Shown one piece after another: positions 29,464-38,505 of a DNA stretch of 64,000 nucleotides. The first letter of the stretch is position 1. Every line of letters starts with the position of its first letter. Below the pieces are notes generated by a model. It was not told the DNA's origin, searched no databases, and saw nothing but the letters and a program-made list of their open reading frames with translations. A program made the position numbers and the translations under genes. The DNA lies in the IMG/VR virus record IMGVR_UViG_2671180089_000001, positions 1 to 64,000 of that record. One strand, written 5' to 3'. The DNA comes from a virus. Lineage: Duplodnaviria; Caudoviricetes.

Positions 29464-30564
29464 ATGCAGACCGTGCCCCTGTTCGACCTCCCCGACATCC
29501 AGACGCTCCAGGAAGCCCCCGCGGCCGCCGCGCCGGCGAAGACCAAGCCGAAGCGGAAGCGGACGAGCCGCGTGCACCCGTCCGTCCCCCTCGAGCCGTC
29601 GACGACCGTGCCGGACGAGATGATCCTCAACGCGGACTGGATCGTCATCTCGAGCAGCGGCGGCAAGGACTCGCAAGCGATGCTCTCGTACGTCGTGCGG
29701 CGCGCGAAGGCCCTGGGGATGCTGCACAAGGTCGTCGTCGTCCACGCGGACCTGGGCCGGGTCGAGTGGGAGGGGACGCGCGAGCTCGCCGAGCTCCAGG
29801 CGGCGCTCGCCGGAGTCCCCCGGTTCGAGGTGGTCCAGGCGAAGGGCGCCGATCTCCTCGACCGCGTCGAGATCCGGTACGGCAAGCTCAAGGCGAAGGC
29901 CGAGGAGGAGGCGCGCGAGCGCGGCGAGGACCCGGCCACGGCGAAGGTCGCCCCGGCTTGGCCGTCGAGCGCAGCACGCTGGTGCACCCCGGACGCGAAA
30001 AGGGGCCCGATCCGGACCCTCTACACCCGGCTCGTCGACGAGCTGGGCGACCTGGGCCGCCCCGTGCTCATCCTGGAGTGCATCGGCCAGCGGGCCGCGG
30101 AGAGCACCGCGCGGGCGCAGCTCGCCGAGGTGGAGGTCAACCGCGGAGCGAGCAACGGGAAGCGGCACGTCACCACCTGGCGGCCGATCCACGCATGGAG
30201 CGACCGGAAGGTGTGGGCGGAGATAGCCCGGTCGCGTCTGCCCTACCACCCGGCGTACGACTGGGGAAACCGGCGCCTGAGCTGCGTGTTCTGTGTCCTG
30301 GGGTGCAACAGCGACTTGGTGAACGGTGCCCGTCGGGTGCCGGAGCTCGCCGCGGCGTACGCCCGGACCGAAGTGGTGGTCGGCGCCGACTTCAAGAAGG
30401 GGTTGAGCATGGCGGAGATCATCCGGCGCGCCCAGGCGCTCGAGGAGGCCGAGGGCCCCGCCGCGCGGCCGCCGGCCGGAACCGCGATGGCAGTGCACAT
30501 CGGCCAGGCCGCAGCGACGAAGTACCGCGTCCGTCAGGTGGCGTTGTACAGCCTGGCCGCCTGA
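29464..30564 (+). CDS. PAPS reductase/DndC-like PP-loop family protein
   Basis: ISSSGGKDS PP-loop; RWCT...K; GQRAAESTAR; PIHAWS; HPAY...RLSCVFC. Confidence 0.85.
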   Translation: MQTVPLFDLPDIQTLQEAPAAAAPAKTKPKRKRTSRVHPSVPLEPSTTVPDEMILNADWIVISSSGGKDSQAMLSYVVRRAKALGMLHKVVVVHADLGRVEWEGTRELAELQAALAGVPRFEVVQAKGADLLDRVEIRYGKLKAKAEEEARERGEDPATAKVAPAWPSSAARWCTPDAKRGPIRTLYTRLVDELGDLGRPVLILECIGQRAAESTARAQLAEVEVNRGASNGKRHVTTWRPIHAWSDRKVWAEIARSRLPYHPAYDWGNRRLSCVFCVLGCNSDLVNGARRVPELAAAYARTEVVVGADFKKGLSMAEIIRRAQALEEAEGPAARPPAGTAMAVHIGQAAATKYRVRQVALYSLAA

Positions 30565-30640
30565 TCTTCCCCATGCCCGCGCCGGGCCCGGTCCGGCGCG
30601 GGCAGACTGACCCCCGACCCCTTCCGATGGAGAGACGACG

Positions 30641-31213
30641 ATGCCCGAACAGCACCAGGACCTCGACGAGCAGCCGGAGGCGGTGCGCGCCCTGGTGGGC
30701 CGGACCATCACGGTGACGGAGGCCCTGTCGGGGATCCCGAACGCCCGCCCGTACCAGCTCCGGATCACCGAGGCCCGCATGACGTCCGACCCGGCGTCCC
30801 ACACTGTGCACGTGACGGGGGAGCGGCTCCGCATGGACGGCCGGCCCGCCACCCGCAAGTGGCGTCCCGTCGAGAACACCACCGTGTGGCTGACGGACGG
30901 CTGGACGGACGTCCTGGGCCTGCCCGCCTTGCCGTCGCGGGAGTGGCTCCGGGAGGCCGTGGGCCAGCCGGTGTACTCGGAGAGCCAGCGTGCCGGTATC
31001 GCAGCCCAAATCATCGACCAGGGCGCGGCGTACCGGGTCACGGTCGGCGAAGTCGTCGAGGACCAGGCCGTGCCCGGCGACGAGGTGACGCGCCGGGTGG
31101 CCGAGGCGCTCGCAGAGAAGGGGATGCGGCTGGACCGGCACGCGCACGGGCGGACGTTGCGGCTGCGCTACGCGGACGGGCGCCCCCTGGTGTTCTTGAC
31201 CCCGGAGGGCTGA
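30641..31213 (+). CDS. Hypothetical protein
   Basis: RBS GGAGAG; codon bias. Confidence 0.65.
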   Translation: MPEQHQDLDEQPEAVRALVGRTITVTEALSGIPNARPYQLRITEARMTSDPASHTVHVTGERLRMDGRPATRKWRPVENTTVWLTDGWTDVLGLPALPSREWLREAVGQPVYSESQRAGIAAQIIDQGAAYRVTVGEVVEDQAVPGDEVTRRVAEALAEKGMRLDRHAHGRTLRLRYADGRPLVFLTPEG

Positions 31214-31356
31214 GCCGGCCCGCACGGCGGGGGTCGTCCTGGTGGGCGGCTCCCGCTTTTTTCTGCCGTTCCCTACCCCGGCGGATTTCCCTTGGTGTAC
31301 TATTCCTGGTGTTGGTGGAGAGCAACCACCGGCGAACCAGCGAAGCGAGGAACACC

Positions 31357-32250
31357 ATGTCCGCAGCCGTTCTTTTCGACGTCCCCGCCATCACGGCGAA
31401 CGCTAAGCCCAAGGAAAAGCGTCCCGCTCCGGTGTACGCCGAGCGTCGGTGGTTCGCCGACCTCGACCGGGTGACGTACCTGGGCACGCACCAGCCGTCT
31501 TGGCTCGCCCGCGAAGAGTTCGGCAACGACTGCATCCCGCTGTGCGTCGCCCACCAGCGGCTCGACGGCCGCAAGACCCTGCCGCGCGCCGTCACTCCCT
31601 GGATGCTCGACTCCGGCGGCTTCACGGAGCTGTCGAAGTACGGCCGCTGGACGGTGTCGCCGTACTACTACGCCGCGGCGGCGCGCCGGTACTACGACGA
31701 GACCGGCCTGATGGACGCCTGCGCGATCCAGGACTGGATGTGTGAGGACGAGATCCTCGCGAAGACCGGCCTCACGATCGCCGATCACCAGCTCAAGACC
31801 GTTGCGTCGTTCCTCAACCTGATGAGCCTCGACGCCGAGCTCCCGTGGATGCCCGTGATCCAGGGCCGCACCCTCGACGACTACCTGCGGTGCATCGACC
31901 TGTACGACCAGGTCGGCGTAGACCTCACGCTCGAACCGGTCGTCGGCATCGGCTCCGTGTGCCGCCTGCAGCAGACCGACGAGGCCGCCCGGATCATCGA
32001 AACGATCTGGGGGATGGGCATCCGCCTGCACGGGTTCGGCTTCAAAAAGACCGGCCTGCGACGCGTCGCCCACCAGCTCTACAGCAGCGACTCCATGGCC
32101 TGGTCGTACAACGCCGTGAACCGGGCCCCGATGCCCGAATGCGTCGGCAAGCACGTCCACTGCGGCAACTGCCCGAAGTACGCCATCGCCTGGCGTAACG
32201 CGCTCCTCAACTCCCTGCCGGACGACCCGCAGCTCCTGCTCGCCGCCTGA
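31357..32250 (+). CDS. TGT-fold (DpdA-like) base-exchange transglycosylase-like protein
   Basis: LDSGGF, PVIQG, VGIGS, LHGFG, SSDSMAW and C-terminal C...H..C.NC motifs; early box 31286-31304 plus hairpin. Confidence 0.75.
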   Translation: MSAAVLFDVPAITANAKPKEKRPAPVYAERRWFADLDRVTYLGTHQPSWLAREEFGNDCIPLCVAHQRLDGRKTLPRAVTPWMLDSGGFTELSKYGRWTVSPYYYAAAARRYYDETGLMDACAIQDWMCEDEILAKTGLTIADHQLKTVASFLNLMSLDAELPWMPVIQGRTLDDYLRCIDLYDQVGVDLTLEPVVGIGSVCRLQQTDEAARIIETIWGMGIRLHGFGFKKTGLRRVAHQLYSSDSMAWSYNAVNRAPMPECVGKHVHCGNCPKYAIAWRNALLNSLPDDPQLLLAA

Positions 32251-32342
32251 CCTCGGCAGGCCCCTGGGGCGCCCCGCACGGGCGCCCCGCCCCCCTTCGG
32301 GCCGGAGAGCACCGGCCCCAACCACGAAATGAGGAACCCCCG

Positions 32343-32693
32343 ATGACCGCCACGCGCATCTACGGCACCTGGACCACCAAGGTGAATCTGTACTCCACCG
32401 GCCCCGACGCCGACGTCGACGCCGTGGTCGACGGTGGCGCCCCGGACTGGCGCGCGATGCTCGCCGACACCGGCGCCCTGGACCGCATGAAGGCCGAGTA
32501 CCGCGCCGCCATCGACGCGGCCCTCCCCGGTGACGTCGCCCTGTGCGGTGAGCAGTTCTTCGGGCCGGCCGAGCCCGAGGCCGGCGAGTTCGACGGCTAC
32601 CCCGTAGACGAATACGGGGCACTGGACTTCGCCGCCATGGTCGAGGAGATCGACCTCGCCGCGATCGTCGACCGGCACGACCCGGACGCGTAG
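32343..32693 (+). CDS. Acidic hypothetical protein
   Basis: AGAGCA hairpin 32299-32318 plus RBS. Confidence 0.7.
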   Translation: MTATRIYGTWTTKVNLYSTGPDADVDAVVDGGAPDWRAMLADTGALDRMKAEYRAAIDAALPGDVALCGEQFFGPAEPEAGEFDGYPVDEYGALDFAAMVEEIDLAAIVDRHDPDA

Positions 32694-32808
32694 CAGCTCC
32701 CCACCGGGCCCCTCTGGGCCTGCCCCGCCCCCGTTCTGACACAGCCTGCCGCGGCGTGACGTTCCTCCATGCGCCCGGCGACACCGCAACGCCCCTGAAA
32801 GGACACCG

Positions 32809-33321
32809 ATGGACCCCGTCGTCTTCACCGCGAAGGACATCAGCACCCTGCGCCAGGCCGCCCGGTTCCTACGCGCAATGGAATTGCAGCTCCCGGCCAC
32901 CTCGCACGACATGACGCACACGGGCGTTCTCACGTCCGCGTTGTGGCTCGACCACCAGGCCGACGAGCTGGTCGCCGCGCCGCAGCCCGCGTCCCGGGAG
33001 ACGCGCCGCCCGATCTTCAACCACCTCGTTGCCCCCGCGGCCGGCGGGCCCGTGCTCCACGTCCAGGCAAAGGCGCTGCTCGACGAGCACGAGGCCGCCG
33101 TGCGGGCCGAGGCGCTCGCCGACCCGGAGGCCGTACGCGCCGCCGTGGCCCGCCTGAACCAGGTCGACACGGCCGCCGAGGACGACACGGCGCACCGCTG
33201 CACGCTGCCGCCCACCCGCCGCCTGCCGTGCGGCTGCTGCCCGCACGCGCTCTGCGAGGACTGCGAGCGGTGCGGCCACACGTGCACGTGCAGTCGCGCC
33301 CCCGAGGCCATGGAGAAGTAG
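32809..33321 (+). CDS. Protein with a C-terminal Cys-rich (Zn-binding) tail
   Basis: CGCCPH..CEDCERCGHTCTC; RBS GAAAGGA. Confidence 0.65.
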   Translation: MDPVVFTAKDISTLRQAARFLRAMELQLPATSHDMTHTGVLTSALWLDHQADELVAAPQPASRETRRPIFNHLVAPAAGGPVLHVQAKALLDEHEAAVRAEALADPEAVRAAVARLNQVDTAAEDDTAHRCTLPPTRRLPCGCCPHALCEDCERCGHTCTCSRAPEAMEK

Positions 33322-33392
33322 CCCACCGGCCGGGCGCCGCCACACACCCGGCTCCCGTCCCACCACACCGTTCCGCCGGCAGGAGATGCGAG

Positions 33393-33695
33393 ATGACGCC
33401 ATATGAACGCCTCATGGCCGAGGCCATCCCTACTGGCAGATTCGGTGACCCTGTCGGCGAGACCCGCCCTCAACGCCCTCTGATGACAACGCAGGACCAG
33501 CAGGCCGCGCGCCGCGCCGCCTTGGCCGAGGCCCAATCCGACTGGCGTCTGCCGGATGCCGCCTCCCAGCGCAAGCGCGCCCGGTCCGCCGCGGTGGCGC
33601 TCGAACGGTCCGCCGAGCGGGCCCGGGCGCGCAAGGAGTCCCGCCCGCGTCACCTGCGCATCGTGCCCGACCCGAACGACACCCAAGCCGCTTGA
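33393..33695 (+). CDS. Hypothetical protein
   Basis: MTPYERLMAEAIPTG; RBS AGGAG. Confidence 0.6.
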   Translation: MTPYERLMAEAIPTGRFGDPVGETRPQRPLMTTQDQQAARRAALAEAQSDWRLPDAASQRKRARSAAVALERSAERARARKESRPRHLRIVPDPNDTQAA

Positions 33696-33722
33696 CCATC
33701 ACACGCCCAGAGAGGCACCGCC

Positions 33723-33860
33723 ATGCGCTGGAACGTCACGCCCCGCCGCAGCAAGCCGAACAGCGGCCGCTGGAGGGCCGACCGCACCGAGTACGCCCGC
33801 CGCCGGCCGTGGCCGCTCGAGCTGCCCGGTCTGTCCGTCCCCCGCCCCGCCTGCGCCTGA
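33723..33860 (+). CDS. Small hypothetical peptide
   Basis: RBS GAGAGG; fills the operon gap; not in the ORF track (45 aa). Confidence 0.35.
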   Translation: MRWNVTPRRSKPNSGRWRADRTEYARRRPWPLELPGLSVPRPACA

Positions 33861-33896
33861 CCGTCCGCCTGATTACCACCGCACTAGGAGAAGCCC

Positions 33897-34535
33897 ATGC
33901 CCAGCACCACCCCGGCCGAGCCCAGCCGGCTGATCTACCCGTACGGCTACGTCGACGGCCAGAACCACCGCCTGCTCCTGCGCACCGCGGTCGATGGGAA
34001 CGGGCAGCCGTACGTGTGGGTGGAGGCCGAGAACCTCGCGGCCGGAGGCGACACCGCGGCCGTGTGGCTGTCGCTCGAGCAGGCCGCCAGCCTCCGCGCC
34101 GCCCTCGGCGAGGGCCAGGCGCACCACGTCACCGACTACACGGGCGACACCCTGACCGTGCTGCCGGGCAGTGCGTGGACCACCTTCGAGGTATCCCGGC
34201 AGGCGAACGACGACGACGAGGCCGCCGCGGTGCGCGTCGTCGTCCTCACCGGCCGGCTCCCGGAGCTGCGCGAGGCGCTCGCCATGACCGCGCAGTTCGC
34301 GCAGCAGCGCATAGCCGCAGGCGAGCAGAAGCCGCACGTGCTCACCCCGGCCGAGCACGACCGGGCGTGGCACGCAATCGAGGGCGCCGCGGGGGAGCCT
34401 GGGGCCGACCCGGGCACGATCCTGCGGGCCGTCCTCGGCGCGCTGCAGATCCTGCCGCCCAGCGCCGAGGACTGGCAGGCCGCCCGCGAGGACCTGCACC
34501 GCCGCGTGGGCAGGAGGTCGCCCGATGGCCAGTAA
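33897..34535 (+). CDS. Hypothetical protein
   Basis: RBS AGGAG; codon bias. Confidence 0.7.
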   Translation: MPSTTPAEPSRLIYPYGYVDGQNHRLLLRTAVDGNGQPYVWVEAENLAAGGDTAAVWLSLEQAASLRAALGEGQAHHVTDYTGDTLTVLPGSAWTTFEVSRQANDDDEAAAVRVVVLTGRLPELREALAMTAQFAQQRIAAGEQKPHVLTPAEHDRAWHAIEGAAGEPGADPGTILRAVLGALQILPPSAEDWQAAREDLHRRVGRRSPDGQ

Positions 34536-34570
34536 GGCAGTCGAGGGCGGGTACGGCAGGAGGCAGCGCC

Positions 34571-35113
34571 GTGGGTGACTGGTTCGGCGTCGGCTTGACC
34601 GACTACTACGACCCGGGCGACTGCCACACCGGCGACGTCTGGCACACCCCCGGGACGCCCGTACGCGCTGATGACGACTTCGTCTTCTTCTTCGACGAGC
34701 TCGGCCGCCGGCAGCCGGTGGAGCACTGGTCGGACCTGCTCTTTCAGTCGACTTGGTGGCAGGACGCCGAGCGGAGCATCTGGCGCCTGGACGAGCTCGA
34801 CGAGATGCGGTGCAGCCGGATCTACGGGTTCGCGGCCCGGCGCGAGGAGGAGACCGGCACGCTCCTCGCCTGGGAGGCGACTCGCGGGCCGGTGCCGAAC
34901 GGGGACGTGGCGTTCGACGCGTACGACCGTGGTCTGGGGCAGCTCCTGGACATGGTCGGTGAGCACGGGTGGATTCACCGCACTGAGCTGATGGTCGCCC
35001 TGCAGCGCCGCATGCGCGGGTGGCCCGCGATCGAGGGGACGTGCTTCTGCGGCTACCCCGTCGCCGAGGGCTGGGACCACGGCGCGTGCCACGCCGGAAT
35101 GGAGATCGCCTGA
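34571..35113 (+). CDS. Hypothetical protein
   Basis: RBS AGGAGG before GTG; C-terminal CFC...H..CH. Confidence 0.65.
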   Translation: MGDWFGVGLTDYYDPGDCHTGDVWHTPGTPVRADDDFVFFFDELGRRQPVEHWSDLLFQSTWWQDAERSIWRLDELDEMRCSRIYGFAARREEETGTLLAWEATRGPVPNGDVAFDAYDRGLGQLLDMVGEHGWIHRTELMVALQRRMRGWPAIEGTCFCGYPVAEGWDHGACHAGMEIA

Positions 35114-35162
35114 CAGCTGGCAACTCGGTGAACTGCCGTATGCTGCACACCAGTTTCATGCG

Positions 35163-35201
35163 CACGGAGGCCCGGCCACCAACATTGGCCGGGCCTCCGT
35201 G
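35163..35201. terminator. Bidirectional terminator
   Basis: CACGGAGGCCCGGCCA / TGGCCGGGCCTCCGTG between convergent genes. Confidence 0.8.
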
Positions 35202-35219
35202 TTATGCGGACGCTGAGCG

Positions 35220-36158
35220 CTACTTGAGCGCCTCTCTGGCGGCCTTCCTGGTGGCCTTCTCCGCCTCCTGCATCCGCTCGAGGACCGCGTCGTAAACGGT
35301 GGTGTCCTCCGGGTCGGCGAACGCCTCCATGAGCCGAAGGGTCACCTCCGAGCGGGAGATCCGGGGACGGTTGAGGGCGTCTGCGATCTTGATGGCGGTC
35401 CTGTCGACGGCCCGGGTCACCGCGGGCGGGATCGCGCGGGAGACCGGCGGCTGGATCTCCTCGACGAGCACGCCCTTGATGGTCTTCGCCAGGGCGTCGA
35501 CGTCCTCGTCCTCGTCGAGCTTGAGGTCGCCCGGCAGCATCTTGACGGTGTTGCGGAGCCGCTCGGCGGTGACCTGGTCCGGGCCCCAGGAGTCGGCGAC
35601 CAGGACGTACACCGCGACGGCCGCGTTCAGATTGAAGGCGTTTTTGACCGGGACGATCTCACGGACCTGACCGGGGTTGACGTCGTAGCTGCGAGCGGCG
35701 AGGACTTCTCCGATCGCCCAGCCGGCGCGCAGCTTGCTGCACTTGCCAACTGAGATGCCTTTCTCCAGGGGCGCCCACTCCTCGATGGTGCGGTAGGTCC
35801 GCTCCGGCTCTAGCTTGTGTGGGGTGTCCCGAAACAGCTTGCCAGTGGCGATGGTGTCGAGGGCTTTGCCCTGGATGAACCAGGCTGTGTTGCCCAGGTC
35901 GACGCCCTCGAGGCACTCCTCGTACCGCGTCCGTTCCTCGTCGGTGAGCGCGCCCTCCCCGGCGGGCTCGACCGGGTCGGGGATCTTGTGGAGGCCAGGT
36001 CGGGCCTCCTCGACGGCGGTTTCGACGGCCTTCTCTATGGTCGCCTGGCGGTCCGCTTCGACGGCCTTGGAGCCCTCGGCCAACTTGCCTTTGCCGCGGC
36101 GCCGGGCCGAGCCCCAGCTCGCGTCTTGCGCCCACGCCTCCTTCTTGTCGTCGCTCAC
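35220..36158 (-). CDS. ParA partner (putative centromere-binding protein)
   Basis: GTGA overlap with the parA stop; basic N-terminal arm. Confidence 0.65.
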   Translation of the reverse strand: MSDDKKEAWAQDASWGSARRRGKGKLAEGSKAVEADRQATIEKAVETAVEEARPGLHKIPDPVEPAGEGALTDEERTRYEECLEGVDLGNTAWFIQGKALDTIATGKLFRDTPHKLEPERTYRTIEEWAPLEKGISVGKCSKLRAGWAIGEVLAARSYDVNPGQVREIVPVKNAFNLNAAVAVYVLVADSWGPDQVTAERLRNTVKMLPGDLKLDEDEDVDALAKTIKGVLVEEIQPPVSRAIPPAVTRAVDRTAIKIADALNRPRISRSEVTLRLMEAFADPEDTTVYDAVLERMQEAEKATRKAAREALK

Positions 36159-36994
36159 GCGGCATCCACCAGCCCGGCCTTGACCGCGATCGTGCGGAAG
36201 AACTCGGCGGTGTCCGACTTCGGCCGGTACATCTGGACCGGCTTGCCCTCGGCCTCTGCTTCGCCCAGGTCGGCGCCGCGGAACGGAATCTCGACGAGGG
36301 GCGCCAGGTCGGGGTGGCTGCGGAGCTGCTTCAGGATCACCTTGTTGTACTCCCCGCGCCCGTACAGGGCGAGGCTGATAACCATGCCGAGTTCGTGGAA
36401 GTCGTCGCGCTCGAGTTCTTCCATGATGCCCTCGTGCTGGTCGAGCTGGGAGCCGACAGCCTTCATCGCCCACTTGTGGGTATTGGCCATCATGAGGGCG
36501 CCGTGTGCCGCAGCGGTAATCGAGCTGGTGTCCGTGTCGATGGCCGGTCGGGTGTCGATCAGGATGTAGTCGTACTCGCCCTCGAAGTGGGCGAGCATCT
36601 TCCTGTGCGCGTGGAGCGCGTTGCCTCGCTCGCGCAGGCGCGCGGGGAGGAACGTCAGGTCGAGGCTGGACGGCAGGACGTGAATCAGCTCGAACGGCTT
36701 GGCGACCAGCGGGTGCGGGTCGAGACCCTTCAAGAGGCAGTCGGTCTGTGTGGGGCCCTCGTCCTCGTCGAGTCCGTCGAGCTTGAACCCGTCGGTGAGG
36801 TTCATGGACGGGTCGCCGTCCACGATCAGGACTCGCATGCCGTAGGAGGCGAGCGCGCCGGCGAGGTTCATGGTGGTCGTCGTCTTGCCGACGCCGCCCT
36901 TCTGGTTGCACATCGCGATGATGCGCGTCATCGTCGCGGGTCCGGTGAAGGGCCCGTAGCGGAGCCGTTCAATCTCGGCTGCTGATGTCGTCAT
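36155..36994 (-). CDS. parA: ParA/Soj family partition ATPase
   Basis: Deviant Walker A NQKGGVGKTT, VLIVDGDP, YDYILIDTRP. Confidence 0.92.
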   Translation of the reverse strand: MTTSAAEIERLRYGPFTGPATMTRIIAMCNQKGGVGKTTTTMNLAGALASYGMRVLIVDGDPSMNLTDGFKLDGLDEDEGPTQTDCLLKGLDPHPLVAKPFELIHVLPSSLDLTFLPARLRERGNALHAHRKMLAHFEGEYDYILIDTRPAIDTDTSSITAAAHGALMMANTHKWAMKAVGSQLDQHEGIMEELERDDFHELGMVISLALYGRGEYNKVILKQLRSHPDLAPLVEIPFRGADLGEAEAEGKPVQMYRPKSDTAEFFRTIAVKAGLVDAA

Positions 36995-37133
36995 GAGAGG
37001 GACGATAGTCAGACCGTCGCCATGTTTCGGGCAGTGAGCCCGTATAGGTACCGGCGGCGGCACGTGATAGGGCCCCGAACGTCACCCGTACGGGGCCCTG
37101 GAGAATTGCCCAATTGGGCAAGAATGATCTTGG

Positions 37134-37874
37134 TTACCTGCCGAAGGTGCGGCGCTGCGCGGCGTGGACGGCGAGCGCCTCCTCGAGGGCCTGTCCGTCG
37201 TAGTCGGGCCAGTGCCGGTCCTCGAAGTGCAGCGTGGCGTCCGCGGCCTGGTAGAGCAGGAAGCCGGACAGGCGGCGCTCTCCGCTGCTGCGGATGATGA
37301 GTTCGGGGTCGGGCAGGCCTGCGGTGGAGAGGAAGTCGTCCAAGGGCAGCTCCTGGCGCCCGTCGTAGTTGGGGGCGGTCAGGGACCGGGCGACGGCCTG
37401 GCGGACGTCGGCGCGGCCGTCGTAGCCGATGCCCAGGCAGACGGTCATGCCCTGGCGGTCGGCCGTGAGTCGTTCTGTCCGCTCGATCGCGGCCAGGAGC
37501 CGGCCGGGGACGAGGTAGAGGCCGGAGAGCTGGGAGAGAACTCGGACGGGGCCGGTGGAGACGGCCGCCTCAGTGTCGAGCAGGTCGACCAGCACATCGG
37601 TGAGGGCCTTGACCTGGGCTTCGGGGCGACCGAAGTTCCGCTCGGACATCAGGAAGACGGAGGCGGCCCCGACGCCGAGGGCGCGGCAGTGTTCGAGGAT
37701 CTGGTGGACGACGGCCGTGCCCTGCCGGTAGCCCTCTTCGACGGTGAGGCCGTGGGCGGTGGCCCAGCGGCGGTTGCCGTCGGCGATGAAGCCGATGTGG
37801 CGGGGGACGTCGAGGCGGTCAACGGCGGGCGCGGGAGCGGGAAGCGTCTGCATGGGCCGGAGGAGTACAGGCAT
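37134..37874 (-). CDS. uppS: cis-prenyltransferase (UppS family)
   Basis: HIGFIADGNRRWA, SERNFGR, YDGRAD, DPELIIRSSGERRLSGFLLYQ. Confidence 0.9.
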   Translation of the reverse strand: MPVLLRPMQTLPAPAPAVDRLDVPRHIGFIADGNRRWATAHGLTVEEGYRQGTAVVHQILEHCRALGVGAASVFLMSERNFGRPEAQVKALTDVLVDLLDTEAAVSTGPVRVLSQLSGLYLVPGRLLAAIERTERLTADRQGMTVCLGIGYDGRADVRQAVARSLTAPNYDGRQELPLDDFLSTAGLPDPELIIRSSGERRLSGFLLYQAADATLHFEDRHWPDYDGQALEEALAVHAAQRRTFGR

Positions 37875-37887
37875 GGCGGTCTTTACG

Positions 37888-38505
37888 TCATCCGGTGAGC
37901 GCGGCGAAGACCGCACCGGCGGTTGCGGTGCCCGCGGCGGCGCCGGCGATTGTCTGGGCGAGGGTGTGGTCGCGCAGGGAAATACGGGACCAGGCGATGA
38001 CGGCGACGAGCGGGTAGGCGAGCCAGACGAGCGGCCCCCAGGTGAGGGCGAGCATCGCCAGGGCGCCGCCGGCGACCGCGGTGTGCACGCTGATTTTCCA
38101 GAGCGCGGTGACCGGCAGTAGGACCGCGAGGGTGGCGAGCATCGCGACGACCAGGGCGACCATGTCGGTCGGGGCGTCGAGCCAGAGCATGCCGCCGATG
38201 CCGAGGCCGACCAACGCCATGATCACGGGGATGAGGATCATCCGGCGCTGTCGCTGCCCGATGTGCCGGTCGGCCCACATGCCCTTGCGCATGCCGTACT
38301 TGATGAAGGCCATGGGCAGGACCGCGGCGAACACGATGGCCTCGAGCGCCCAGAGCGCCCCGGTGATCGGGTTGTTCTGGGCCAGGCCGACGCCGAGGCT
38401 CACCCCGATGATGACGTTGCGCGGCTCCATTCCGTCGGTGATGAGGCGGGCCGCGCGGTTCTCCTCGCGGGCCGGGGTAGGAGCGGCGGTCGTGGTGCTG
38501 GTCAT
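37888..38505 (-). CDS. PAP2-like membrane phosphatase
   Basis: About 6 TM helices; WKISVH and SRISLRDHTLAQ (C2/C3-like motifs); ATGA overlap. Confidence 0.7.
   Translation of the reverse strand: MTSTTTAAPTPAREENRAARLITDGMEPRNVIIGVSLGVGLAQNNPITGALWALEAIVFAAVLPMAFIKYGMRKGMWADRHIGQRQRRMILIPVIMALVGLGIGGMLWLDAPTDMVALVVAMLATLAVLLPVTALWKISVHTAVAGGALAMLALTWGPLVWLAYPLVAVIAWSRISLRDHTLAQTIAGAAAGTATAGAVFAALTG

Noticed and set aside
29464-30564. dnd/ssp phosphorothioate system or sulfate-assimilation cysH
   Set aside because: No partner dnd/ssp or cys genes in the window.
15072-32318. Repeated leaders as a CRISPR array or integron attC sites
   Set aside because: Spacing is gene-sized and irregular, the repeats are RBS-linked with variable stems, and no cas genes or intact integron integrase are visible.
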